From contig NIVC01000906.1 of the NCBI GenBank assembly GCA_002269645.1, positions 62,001-126,000 of the forward strand: a stretch of DNA of 64,000 nucleotides, read 5' to 3'. Below are positions 52,295-63,789 of this stretch, one piece after another. The stretch's first letter is position 1. Each line of letters opens with the position of its first letter. The notes beneath the pieces are model-generated. The model was not told where the DNA came from. It saw nothing but the letters and a program-made list of their open reading frames with translations, and did not search any database. The position numbers and the translations under genes were made by a program. Source of the DNA: Macrostomum lignano (lineage: Eukaryota).

Positions 52295-52339
52295 TCAGAA
52301 ACTCGGCTGACTTCATCGGATCTTTTGGCTTTAATGCAG
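52295..52339 (-). CDS. RABL6: RABL6 candidate 45-nt exon (CIKAKRSDEVSRVS)
   Basis: Strong acceptor TTTTTTCCATTGCAG|, donor GA|GTAGGC, phase 2/2. Confidence 0.6.
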
Positions 52340-52729
52340 CTGCAATGGAAAAAAATAGACAATGATATTAGAGAAAATTGGGTTAACAATCAAACAATAC
52401 AATAAGAGCAGCAAAATTAGATCAAGATTTTTTATTAGAAAAACAAGTTAAAAAACAGCACATGTGCGCTAATGGCACTACTGTCAATAAAACACTAGTA
52501 GTCGAAAACGAATATTGGTATAAAAACACGCTTTAAAGACTTTAAACATGTCTGAAATTAAAGTAACATAATAGTACAAGACTGGATATTTTGGTGCGAA
52601 GTGTTAGACCAGCTGTATTATTGACTAACTAACTGTGTCAGCTTGTTAAAAACCTTGTGTAACAAAAATTTACTCAAGCAACTTTTGTGCGCGTGTTTTT
52701 TCTAACAAATTATGCACATCTTTGTTTAC

Positions 52730-52750
52730 CTGCTTCGGTACAGAGCCAGA
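52730..52750 (-). CDS. RABL6: RABL6 candidate 21-nt microexon
   Basis: TTTCAG| and AG|GTAAAC, phase 2/2, frame-preserving (LALYRS). Confidence 0.5.
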
Positions 52751-52859
52751 CTGAAAGCAGATGAAACAGTACTCTAAGTATATAGAAATATGTAATATCT
52801 GCAATAATTATTCCTAAAGTATTTCACAGGACATGCAAAAAAAAGTTAGAACTTTTGTG

Positions 52860-53270
52860 ATTTATTTGGCACCCCTGTTCTCATTGTGGCACTCCTGTTC
52901 TCATTGTGGCACTCCTGTTCTCATTGTGGCACTCCTGTTCTCATTGTGGCACTCCTGTTCTCATTGTGGCACTCCTGTTCTCATTGTGGCACTCCTGTTC
53001 TCATTGTGGCACTCCTGTTCTCATTGTGGCACTCCTGTTCTCATTGTGGCAATTCAGACCCCATTCTGGTACTCCTGCCCCCAATTCTGGCACTCCTGCC
53101 CCCAATTCTGGCACTCCTGCCCCCAATTCTGGCACTCCTGCCCCCAATTCTGGCACTCCTGCCCCCAATTCTGGCACTCCTGCCCCCAATTCTGGCACTC
53201 CTGTCGACCAATTCTGGCACTCCTGCCCCCAATTCTGGCACTCCTGCCCCCAATTCTGGCACTTCGGTTC
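52860..53270. repeat. Two adjacent related arrays: 20-bp CTCCTGTTCTCATTGTGGCA then 21-bp CTCCTGCCCCCAATTCTGGCA
   Basis: Tandem periodicity; RABL6 intron 2. Confidence 0.93.
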
Positions 53271-53437
53271 TTAATCCAACACTTTAATCTGTCGCTTCAA
53301 GGCAATTCCTGGCGTAATGAACTTTTTTAATAAGCCATAAAAACTAAGAAAAACACTTCGGATGCTACTGATAGATGATGGATTAGTAGTGCACATAGAA
53401 TATTAACGAAAAGAAGTAAAGAAAGAGCAATACTCAC

Positions 53438-53919
53438 CTATCATAGCTACTCTCCTCGCTCTCCTCTTCCAAATCCAGCTCCAGAATCACCGCCTCCATA
53501 TCCTCCTCGTTAGTTTTCAACTGGGCCATCAGACTGAGCCTCTGCAGGTGCAGGAATGGCAGATTTAAAAACCGATGAATATACTTTAATCCGTAGCCGT
53601 TTCGCATGGAAGATTCGGCATAGCGAGTGGATTCTAGCGGCCGGCCGCTCTGCATTATGACAGACCGGGCCTGGGCCTCCGTGACACTCCGGTGGGCGCC
53701 CATGTCCCTGTGATTGGCCAGCACCAGCACTGGCAGACTTGCAGGCACCTGAGGCAGTTCGCGTTCAACGTAGGCCAAAGTCCAAGCCTTGGTCATGTCC
53801 AGCACTAGGATGACGCCGTGACAGCCTTTGTACACGTCCACCCACTCGGCGTCCAGCACCGGCTCCGTGGGTCGGCCTTTCGGTCGGCGGCTTTTGTCCA
53901 CTACGTCCCACACTTCTAC
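53438..53919 (-). CDS. RABL6: RABL6 exon 2 (GTPase-like core)
   Basis: VEVWDVVDK...LDAEWVDVYKGCHGV...RYAESSMRNGYGLKYIHRFLNLPFL; acceptor TCGCAG|, donor AG|GTGAGT phase 2. Confidence 0.94.
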
Positions 53920-53954
53920 CTGCGAGGTGGGGGGTTGAAGGGGGTTCTGTGATA

Positions 53955-55285
53955 CAGGGGAATTCTGGGAATTATATGGGGAATTCTGGGAATTATATGG
54001 GGAATTCTGGGAATGATATGGGGAATTCTGGGAATGATATGGGGAATTCTGGGAATGATATGGGGAATTCTGGGAATTATATTGGGATATCTGGGAATTA
54101 TATAGGGAATTCTGGGAATTATATAGGGAATTCTGGGAATTATATTGGGAATTCTGGGAATTATATAGGGAATTCTGGGAATTATATTGGGAATTCTGGG
54201 AATGATATAGGGAATTCTGGGAATTATATAGGGAATTCTGGGAATTATATTGGGAATTCTGGGAATTATATAGGGAATTCTGGGAATTATATTGGGAATT
54301 CTGGGAATGATATGGGGAATTCTGGGAATTATATTGGGAATTCTGGGAATGATATGGGGAATTCTGGGAATTATATTGGGATATCTGGGAATTATATGGG
54401 GAATTCTGGGAATGATATGGGGAATTCTGGGAATTATATAGGGAATTCTGGGAATTATATGGGGAATTCTGGGAATTATATAGGGAATTCTGGGAATTAT
54501 ATGGGGAATTCTGGGAATTATATAGGGAATTCTGGGAATTATATTGGGAATTCTGGGAATGATATGGGGAATTCTGGGAATTATATTGGGATATCTGGGA
54601 ATTATATAGGGAATTCTGGGAATTATATGGGGAATTCTGGGAATTATATTGGGAATTCTGGGAATTATATTGGGAATTCTGGGAATGATATGGGGAATTC
54701 TGGGAATTATATTGGGATATCTGGGAATTATATAGGGAATTCTGGGAATTATATGGGGAATTCTGGGAATTATATTGGGAATTCTGGGAATGATATGGGG
54801 AATTCTGGGAATGATATGGGGAATTCTGGGAATTATATTGGGATATCTGGGAATTATATAGGGAATTCTGGGAATTATATGGGGAATTCAGGGAATGATA
54901 TGGGGAATTCTGGGAATGATATGGGGAATTCTGGGAATGATATTGGGAATTCAGGGAATTATATGGGGAATTCTGGGAATTATATGGGGAATTCTGGGAA
55001 TTATATGGGGAATTCTGGGAATGATATGGGGAATTCTGGGAATGATATGAAAAATTCTGGGAATGATATGGGGAATTCTGGGAATGATATGGGGAATTCT
55101 GGGAATGAAATGGGGAATTCTGGGAATGATGTGGCGAATTCTGGGAATGATATGGGGAATTCTGGGAATGATATGGGGAATTCTGGGAATGATGTGGCGA
55201 ATTCTGGGAATGATATGGGGAATTCTGGGAATGATGTGGCGAATTCTGGGAATGATATGGGGAATTCTGGGAATGATATGGGGAA
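53955..55285. repeat. 21-bp GGGAATTCTGGGAAT(G/T)ATAT minisatellite filling RABL6 intron 1
   Basis: Tandem periodicity; explains the YHSQNSP/GNSGNDM ORFs. Confidence 0.97.
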
Positions 55286-55306
55286 GTCTTTTTAAAAAAG
55301 CCAAAC

Positions 55307-55630
55307 CTTAATAACGTCATCCGTAGTTTTATAATTCCAATGCACCGACACGACTTTAATCTCATCAGACGGTGCATAGCCTTCAATAAAATCTTTGCCC
55401 TGCAGTCTGGCTAACAGGCAACTTTTACCAACATTGGAATCGCCACGGATGACAATTTTCATATTGTACTGGACTCCGCGAGCAAAGCGGCGCTGCAGGT
55501 GCTGGTTCATTGGCTGGAAAGGCGCCGGGGACACGCCTGCAGGCGGTGCCGGAGTCGAAGACGGCGGAGCCGACCCGAACTCCGAATTGGCATTGGAGGA
55601 TTTGTTTATTAAGCGACTGATGAACGACAT
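55307..55630 (-). CDS. RABL6: RABL6 (Rab-like 6) exon 1
   Basis: [30 protein letters not shown]...[11 protein letters not shown] is the diagnostic RABL6 N-terminus; donor AAG|GTTTGG phase 0. Confidence 0.93.
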
Positions 55631-55789
55631 TGAGCTCTTTGGGATTTTGGATTGTAGCTTTTTTCAGGCTATTATTGATGAAGGGTTCATTGCTTGCATG
55701 ATGCATAAATATTGGTTCAAATTGAATTATAACAGATGTAAACAACACTATATAACCAGAAACTGTATTGGCTTATCCTGGTATAAAGC

Positions 55790-56935
55790 GGATAAAGGGA
55801 AAGAGTAGAGAGGGATAAATGGGGGAGAGAAGAAAGGGATAATTGGGGAGTAGAAAGAGATAAATGGGGAGTAGAAAGGGATAAAGGGGATAAAGGGGGA
55901 GACTAGAAAGGGATAAAGAGGGAGAGTAGAAAGGGATAAATGGGGAAGAGTAGAAAGGGATAAAGGGGGAGAGTAGAAAGGGATAAATGGGGAAGAGTAG
56001 AAAGGGATAAAGGGGGAGAGTAGAAAGGGATAAATGGGGAAGAGTAGAAAGGGATAAAGGGGAAGAGTAGAAAGGGATAAATGGGGAAGAGTAGAAAGGG
56101 ATAAAGGGGAAGAGTAGAAAGGGATAAATGGGGAAGAGTAGAAAGGGATAAAGGGGAAGAGTAGAAAGGGATAAATGGGGAAGAGTAGAAAGGGATAAAT
56201 GGGGAAGAGTAGAAAGGGATAAAGGGGGAGAGTAGAAAGGGATAAATGGGGAAGAGTAGAAAGGGATAAATGGGGAAGAGTAGAAAGGGATAAATGGGGA
56301 AGAGTAGAAAGGGATAAATGGGGAAGAGTAGAAAGGGATAAATGGGGAAGAGTAGAAAGGGATAAAGGGGGAGAGTAGAAAGGGATAAATGGGGAAGAGT
56401 AGAAAGGGATAAAGGGGGAGAGTAGAAAGGGATAAAGGGGAAGAGTAGAAAGGGATAAATGGGGAAGAGTAGAAAGGGATAAAGGGGAAGAGTAGAAAGG
56501 GATAAATGGGGAAGAGTAGAAAGTGATAAAGGGGAAGAGTAGAAAGGGATAAATGGGGAAGAGTAGAAAGGGATAAATGGGGAAGAGTAGAAAGGGATAA
56601 ATGGGGAAGAGTAGAAAGGGATAAATGGGGAAGAGTAGAAAGGGATAAATGGGGAAGAGTAGAAAGGGATAAATGGGGAAGAGTAGAAAGGGATAAATGG
56701 GGAAGAGTAGAAAGGGATAAATGGGGAAGAGTAGAAAGGGATAAATGGGGAAGAGTAGAAAGGGATAAATGGGGAAGAGTAGAAAGGGATAAATGGGGAA
56801 GAGTAGAAAGGGATAAATGGGGAAGAGTAGAAAGGGATAAAGGGGGAGAGTAGAAAGGGATAAATGGGGAAGAGTAGAAAGGGATAAAGGGGGAGAGTAG
56901 AAAGGGATAAAGGGGAAGAGTAGAAAGGGATAAAG
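55790..56935. repeat. ~23-24-bp GGGAAGAGTAGAAAGGGATAAA minisatellite upstream of RABL6
   Basis: Tandem periodicity. Confidence 0.95.
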
Positions 56936-58094
56936 GGCAGACATGTACTTAAATGAAATCCAATGCAAAAAGAGACTGCAATATTGATCGTAAACAAAAT
57001 AAAGTTTTACTCCAAAAACAGATTAAAAATCCTCACAATTGTTTCAAATATTATCATTAGCTAGAATAGTACTTGTAGTAGTATAAGCCAAGTGGAAAAC
57101 AACGGAAACTGAGAAAAAAATTGTTCGATTCAGCTTTAAAAGTTACAACAAAAAACTATATCGCAAAATTCAGATTTATTACTTCATCTACTAACAGTAG
57201 TTAGTCAGCGAATGTGACCCTTAAAAAGTACAAAAAACTAATAGAAATCTACTCAATATGTCTCGCAATAAAACATGCAAAAATCGGAATAAAAGACAAG
57301 TTAAAAAAAGAAAATATTGTGAATGAAAAATCAAAGATATACACAGTTAATAATGTGATTGTGAACTTCGGAGTGGAATTTAGAATTGGCAAAAAAATAA
57401 GGAAATATGATATATTGGCAATCATTTGTATATAGAATCCAATTCAAAGAATTCAATACTGTTTTCGTGATTATTAATGTGTTCAATCAAAGTGTGAAAA
57501 AGTGCAGAATAAAATAGTGAAAAAACCCTTTAAGGCTACTGAGAAAAATGAGTAGGCACAAGAGGTTTTTCATGATTTTTTTACAAAGGCAATAAAATCT
57601 AGGTACTTTTTTTAAAGTTTAGAAAAAAATTGGCAAAAGTTACGTGGTATAATAAAAAACCATACAAACATTTGAAATACAAGTTTCCCTGGAATAAATA
57701 TTACTTCAACAAAAGCATGCTACAAATCTTGAATTAACAAGAAACAAAAACACTAAAAAGCGACAAGCTATGTCTCAACGCAAATAAGAGATTATATTGA
57801 CAGTATTTTTTTTCTTTTAAAAGCCAAATTTTTGTTTTACAATTTTCCCGATGAAAAACGGTAGAGCTTTAGAGTCGTTGCAGGTAACACAGGTAAAATA
57901 GGAAACAAGTGACTATGGACAACTCTAAAACGATGAGATGTGACCGTAAAAAGTTAGTAGAAATTAAAGCGTTAACACAACGGCCCTTGGGCGACTTTTT
58001 TGTAACTCTTTTTACCGATACTGCAACTCACGTGATGCGCTAGTGGTGAGTCAGCAGTCGCTTCTCTGTTGCATTACAGTCGTTTGAGTCGTTG

Positions 58095-58640
58095 AAAAGT
58101 CACTAGAGTTGCCCTAGAGTCACTAGAGTCGCCCTAGAGTCACTAGAGTTGCTTTAGAGTCACTAGAGTTGCCCTAGAGTCACTAGAGTTGCCCTAGAGT
58201 CACTAGAGTTGCCATAGAGTCACTAGAATCGCCCCAGAGTTGCTAGTCGCCCCAGAGTTGCTAGAGTTGCCCTAGAGTTGCTAGAGTCGCCATAGAGTTG
58301 CTAGAGTCGCCATAGAGTTGCTAGAGTTGCCATAGAGTCACTAGAGTTGCCATAGAGTCACTAGAGTTGCCATAGAGTCACTACAGTCGCCCTAGAGTCA
58401 CTACAGTCGCCCTAGAGTCACTACAGTCTCCCTCGAGTCACTACAGTCGCCCTAGAGCTGCTAAGTGCTAATCGCCCTAGAGTCACTACAGTCGCCCTAG
58501 AGCTGCTAAGTGCTAATCGCCCTAGAGTCACTACAGTCGCCCTAGAGTCACTACAGTCGCCCTAGAGTCACTACAGTCGCCCTAGAGCTGCTAAGTGCTA
58601 ATCGCCTTAGAGTCACTAGAGTCGCCACAGAGCTGCTAGA
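58095..58640. repeat. ~20-bp CCCTAGAGTCACTA(G/C)AGT(T/C)G minisatellite
   Basis: Tandem periodicity. Confidence 0.92.
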
Positions 58641-58900
58641 GTCGGCGTACTGTAGTGCCACTTGAGTGCCAATTGTAGTCACTTGAGTGAGTTGTTTGCA
58701 ATGACTCTTTAGCCTGTACGAGTTTCAACGGGTTTGTCCGAATGAGCAGTTCTAACGAAGGAAGCAAAACACATGGTTTTTTAATCTAAGCCTTCAAAAG
58801 CATCAAAAACATCAAGAGTAGGTGAGCTAAGTGTGCGCAAGATGCAAAAAGTGCAAGATTATTTATTCAGTACTCGAGTTGATGAGGATCGATCGCATTC

Positions 58901-60289
58901 TCACAAATAGAAAGTGGAATCGCCAACAGTCACTGGGGCGGGCCAGCAGTCAGGCTGGGAGCCCAGCCTGTTAGTCTCCTGCACCAGCGGCAAGCTCACA
59001 ACAGAGGCCGTAGCGGCGCCAGAAAACCGGCTCTGCCGACTTATACGCGGCTGCACAACAATTGACAGCGGCTTCCAGTCTGTCAGGGGAGAATCTTCCA
59101 GAGGAGGAGAAGAAGTTGATTCAGCAGTTGTCGTTGGCGCCTGTTCAGGCGAGGACAAGTCAAGTAGCATCTCTGTTGAGGCGCGCTGACCCCTCGGACT
59201 AGGCAAGGGTGCCTCCGGCTCAGGCTCCGGGGTCAAAGTTGACACGACAGAAGTTCGGCTTAACAAAGACTGCAGCTCGGCCGAGAGCGGCTTTGAATGT
59301 CGTCTTGGTTCATCGTAAATTGGTTCTAATGCTGCATTGAGAGTGCCGCTGGAGTTTTGAGAGTCCTCTTTAGTCTCATCTGAGATTGGCTGAGAGTCCT
59401 CTTTAGTCTCATCTGAGATTGGCTGAGAGTCCTCTTTGGGCTTATCTGGGATTGGCTGAGAGTCCTCTTTAGTCTCATCTGAGATTGGCTGAGAGTCCTC
59501 TTTGGGCTTATCTGGGATTGGCTGAGAGTCCTCTTTAGTCTCATCTGAGATTGGCTGAGAGTCCTGCTTGTTCTCTTCTGACATTGGCTGAGAGTCCTCT
59601 TTGGTCTCATCTGAGATTGGCTGAGAGTCCTCTTTGGTCTCATCTGAAGTTGGCTGAGAGTCCTCTTTGGTCTCATCTGAGATTGGCTGAGAGTCCTCTT
59701 TGTTCTCTTCTGATATTGGCTGAGAGTCCTCTTTGGTCTCATCTGAGATTGGCTGAGAGTCCTCTTTGTTCTCTTCTGATATTGGCTGAGAGTCCTCTTT
59801 GGTCTCTTCTGATATTGGCTGAGAGTCCTCTTTGGTCTCATCTGAGATTGGCTGAGAGTCTTCTTTAGTCTCATCTGAGACTATGTGGGACTCCTGGCCC
59901 GCAATCTCCTCCGCGCTTAGCCGAGAGCTACTCCCCAAATGGTCGTCGCTGATTGGCTGGCAGCTTCCACTATCCAGCTCCTCGGCGATTGGCTGCGAAA
60001 TCGGGTCAATTCTGATTGGTTCCCAATCCTGCCCAGCGGATTGAGCCCTTGTACTATTGTCGAAGTTGGTTAGATCTAGTAGGTCACCACACGCAACTGA
60101 TTGCCTGGCTGCTGGGGACGGCTCTGCAGTCTCTGGAAGATTCTCCACACCAGCGAGGGACATCGTCAATAGGTCAATATTCGTTCTAGAAGAGGATCGG
60201 GCACTTGATGTCGAAGGAGTAATTGGAGCAAGACTGCCATCGGCATCAATTGATATTAACAGCTCGGGTTCAGAATATTCTCCAGCAGC
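58901..60289 (-). CDS. Ankyrin-repeat gene probable last exon; acidic disordered region with 11-aa repeat EDSQPISDETK
   Basis: Acceptor TTTTACACAG| phase 0; 463-codon open frame continuous through a 33-bp in-frame repeat (about 59345-59885). Confidence 0.7.
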   Translation of the reverse strand, partial: AAGEYSEPELLISIDADGSLAPITPSTSSARSSSRTNIDLLTMSLAGVENLPETAEPSPAARQSVACGDLLDLTNFDNSTRAQSAGQDWEPIRIDPISQPIAEELDSGSCQPISDDHLGSSSRLSAEEIAGQESHIVSDETKEDSQPISDETKEDSQPISEETKEDSQPISEENKEDSQPISDETKEDSQPISEENKEDSQPISDETKEDSQPTSDETKEDSQPISDETKEDSQPMSEENKQDSQPISDETKEDSQPIPDKPKEDSQPISDETKEDSQPIPDKPKEDSQPISDETKEDSQPISDETKEDSQNSSGTLNAALEPIYDEPRRHSKPLSAELQSLLSRTSVVSTLTPEPEPEAPLPSPRGQRASTEMLLDLSSPEQAPTTTAESTSSPPLEDSPLTDWKPLSIVVQPRISRQSRFSGAATASVVSLPLVQETNRLGSQPDCWPAPVTVGDSTFYL

Positions 60290-60364
60290 CTGTGTAAAAA
60301 ATTTAGAAATATTGGTATTAAATTTATTAAAAAATAATTTTTGACAGTTGAGTAGACGCCACTT

Positions 60365-61785
60365 TATTTGAAGGAGCGCCATTTAATTTGAGACAGGCGC
60401 CATTTCATTCGAGAGGCCCCAATTTATTTGAGAGAGGTGCCATTTCATTTGAGAGAGGCGCCATTTCATTTGAGAGTGGCGCCATTTCATTTGAGAGAGG
60501 CGCCATTTCATTTGAGAGTGGCGCCATTTCATTTGAGAGTGGTGCCATTTCATTTGAGAGTGGCGCCATTTCATTTGAGAGAGGTGCCATTTCATTTGAG
60601 AGTGGTGCCATTTCATTTGAGAGAGGCGCCATTTCATTTGAGAGTGGCGCCATTTCATTTGAGAGAGGCGCCATTTCATTTGAGAGTGGCGCCATTTCAT
60701 TCGAGAGAGGCACCATTTCATTTGAGAGTGGCGCCATTTCATTTGAGAGTGGCACCATTTCATTTGAGAGTGGCGCCATTTCATTCGAGAGAGGCACCAT
60801 TTCATTTGAGAGAGGCGCCATTTCATTTGAGAGTGGCGCCATTTCATTCGAGAGAGGCGCCATTTCATTTGAGAGAGGCACCATTTCATTTGAGAGTGGC
60901 GCCATTTCATTTGAGAGTGGCGCCATTTCATTTGAGAGTGGCGCCATTTCATTCGAGAGTGGTGCCATTTCATTTGAGAGTGGTGCCATTTCATTTGAGA
61001 GAGGTGCCATTTCATTCGAGAGTGGTGCCATTTCATTTGAGAGAGGTGCCATTTCATTCGAGAGAGGCGCCATTTCATTTGAGAGTGGTGCCATTTCATT
61101 TGAGAGTGGTGCCATTTCATTTGAGAGTGGCGCCATTTCATTTGAGAGAGGTGCCATTTCATTTGAGAGTGGCGCCATTTCATTTGAGAGAGGTGCCATT
61201 TCATTTGAGAGTGGCGCCATTTCATTTGAGAGAGGTGCCATTTCATTTGAGAGTGGCGCCATTTCATTTGAGAGAGGTGCCATTTCATTTGAGAGTGGTG
61301 CCATTTCATTTGAGAGAGGCGCCATTTCATTTGAGAGTGGCGCCATTTCATTTGAGAGTGGCGCCATTTCATTCGAGAGAGGCACCATTTCATTTGAGAG
61401 TGGCGCCATTTCATTTGAGAGAGGCGCCATTTCATTTGAGAGTGGCGCCATTTCATTTGAGAGAGGCGCCATTTCATTTGAGAGTGGCGCCATTTCATTT
61501 GAGAGTGGCGCCATTTCATTTGAGAGAGGCGCCATTTCATTTGAGAGTGGCGCCATTTCATTTGAGAGTGGCGCCATTTCATTTGAGAGAGGCGCCATTT
61601 CATTTGAGAGAGGCGCCATTTCATTTGAGAGAGGTGCCATTTCATTTGAGAGAGGCGCCATTTCATTTGAGAGAGGCGCCATTTCATTTGAGAGAGGCGC
61701 CATTTGATTTGAGAGAGGCGCCATTTCATTTGAGAGGCCCCATTTCATTTAAAGAGCGAATTTTTTGTTGAGGGGCGCCATTTCG
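60365..61785. repeat. 21-bp GGCGCCATTTCATTTGAGAG(A/T) minisatellite filling an ankyrin-gene intron
   Basis: Tandem periodicity, over 60 copies. Confidence 0.97.
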
Positions 61786-61806
61786 GAAAATAGAAAACTA
61801 TCAAAC

Positions 61807-62679
61807 CTCAGGCTGCTGCTGTTGCCCAGACGCCTGCTGCTCTTCGTTGAATGTCAATCCGCGCAGATGCGGAGGCGGCGGAGGGCGCTTCGGAGGCTGA
61901 ACACCAGTTGACGCCTTTGACGGCGGCAACAGCATGATAGTGGCGCGCTGCTGGCGAGGCCGAGCTGAAGGCTGCATTTGACCGGCAGCCGAAGTTGTTG
62001 AATCAGCTGGACCATGCAAGCTGTTAGCGCCAAGCATCGAGCGTCGTTTTGGTACAGGCGCTGCCTGCTGCTGCTGCAACTGGGCGGATAATCTTGGCCT
62101 TGGAGTAGGTGTTGGCGATGCCGAACGACCTTCTTCGCTGTCGTCGCCCACCAGTAGAGACCGAGGCGGTGGAGGTCGCGGCGGTGGCTGCTGCTGAGCG
62201 CCGGTGGTGGCGGTGGCTTTCGAGTCTCGACGACTGCTGTTTAGTTCGGCCCGACAGGCGACATCCTCGGCTAGGCGCAGGTGCTCAGGGGAGCCAAACG
62301 ACTGCAGCAGTTCCACAACGGTCCTGCCTGAGCAGTCCCTGGCAGCTGGGTTGGCTCCGGCCGACAGCAGCAACTGTACAGTGGAATGCCGAAGTCCAGC
62401 GCAAGCCGCGTGCAGCGCCGTGCCGCCTACCGACGCACTGCCGTCGCCGCAGCCGCTCCTAGCGTTGACGCGAAATCCGGCCTCAAGTAGCTGCTGTACA
62501 ACATTGGCGTGACCGCCGCGTGCGGCCTCCTCCAGAGGTGAGCAATCGGTGAAGCTGACCACTTCGGTTAGGAAGCCGCGACAGGCCGGCAGCAGAACGG
62601 CCACTGTGTCCGAGTGACCGCCCGAGCAGGCCAGGTCAAAGGCGGTCTGACCGGCAGCGTTGGTAACCAGTGGGCTGGC
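61807..62679 (-). CDS. Ankyrin-repeat gene exon (GQTAFDLA...SPLEEAARGGH...GTALHAAC, then Pro/Gln-rich region)
   Basis: TTCCAG| phase 0, GAG|GTTTGA phase 0; repeat order resembles the ANKS1/Caskin N-terminal ankyrin block (recalled similarity, not searched). Confidence 0.85.
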
Positions 62680-62799
62680 CTGGAATTGGCAGATCGAGAT
62701 AATCTCTAATCTGCTGTAACTGGATTTGCAGGCTTAAGTATCTTCCATTTCGTTTTTCAAGTCTAACCCCTACCTCTCTTTAGAATCCCCTTTCTAATA

Positions 62800-63350
62800 T
62801 CCACAGTCTCTTCCCATCTCCTAATCCTCTCCATAGTCTCTTTTTCATCTCTTAATCTTCTCCATAGCCTCTTCTTCATCTCTTAATCCTCTCCCCCTAG
62901 TCTCTTCCCAATCTCATAATCCTCTCCCCCCTAGTCTCTTCCCCATCTCTTAATCCTATCCATATTCTCTTCCCTATCTCCTAATCCTCCCCCTAGTCTC
63001 TTCCCCATCTCCTAATCCTCCCCCTAGTCTCTTCCTCATCTCTTTATCCTCCCCCTAGTCTCTTCCCCATCTTCTAATCCTCCCCCTAGTCTCTTCCCCA
63101 TCTCCTAATCCTCCCCCTAGTCTCTTCCTCATCTCCTAATCCTCCCCCTAGTCTCTTCCTCATCTCTTTATCCTCCCCCTAGTCTCTTCCCCATCTCCTA
63201 ATCCTCCCCCTAGTCTCTTCCTCATCTCTTTATCCTCCCCCTAGTCTCTTCCCCATCTCCTAATCCTCCCCCTAGTCTCTTCCCCATCTCCTAATCCTCC
63301 CCCTAGTCTCTTCCCCATCTCCTAATCCTCTCCCTAGTCTCTTCCCCATC
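62800..63350. repeat. ~31-bp CCTCCCCCTAGTCTCTTCCCCATCTCCTAAT minisatellite abutting an ankyrin-gene donor
   Basis: Tandem periodicity. Confidence 0.94.
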
Positions 63351-63366
63351 TCCAAGCCTCACTCAC

Positions 63367-63622
63367 ATTGCACCGAAGCAGATAGGCGGCAATATCTGAC
63401 AGATTCCGCTGGCAGGCAACGTGCAGAGGAGTGGCGCCATTATTAGACTCGCTAGTAGCGGCCATAGACACCAGCTGAGACTTCTGCTTTGAGTCCTCGG
63501 TGAGCAGGTAGGCCACCATCTCGGAGTTGGCATTCCAAACGGCGTAGTGCAGCGCTGTGCAACCGGTCTCGTCACGTGAGTACAGATTGGCGCCGGCGTC
63601 CACCAGAGCTTTGACGCAGATG
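63367..63622 (-). CDS. Ankyrin-repeat gene exon (GCTALHYAVWN...GATPLHVAC)
   Basis: Two ankyrin repeats; ATGCAG| phase 2, AAT|GTGAGT phase 0. Confidence 0.88.
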
Positions 63623-63705
63623 CTGCATGCGCGATGCGGTAGGATAGAGAGCATGGCGATTTAGGAATGTTTTAACAGGAGGATAAAAAACCCAATAATA
63701 CTCAC

Positions 63706-63789
63706 AGGTGATTGTGCCTGGCAGCCAGTAGTAAGCCAGTTCTCTTTCCATCCTCCGCTGAGTCTAAGATGTTGCCAGATAATTTCTGC
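63706..63789 (-). CDS. ANKS1/Caskin-like ankyrin-repeat gene, internal exon (ILDSAEDGKRTGLLLAARHNH)
   Basis: TTTTAG| and CT|GTGAGT, phase 2/2; ankyrin consensus. Upstream exon(s) not identified in window. Confidence 0.65.

Noticed and set aside
53434-55386. 650-aa ORF with YHSQNSP heptads resembling the RNA Pol II CTD
   Set aside because: It is the 21-bp intronic array read through into RABL6 exon 2; canonical GT-AG splicing joins DDVIK to VEVWDVVDK, which are contiguous in RABL6 orthologs.
58795-58830. Plus-strand donor-like AG|GTGAGC downstream of the ankyrin gene
   Set aside because: No supporting exon or ORF; such hexamers occur by chance.
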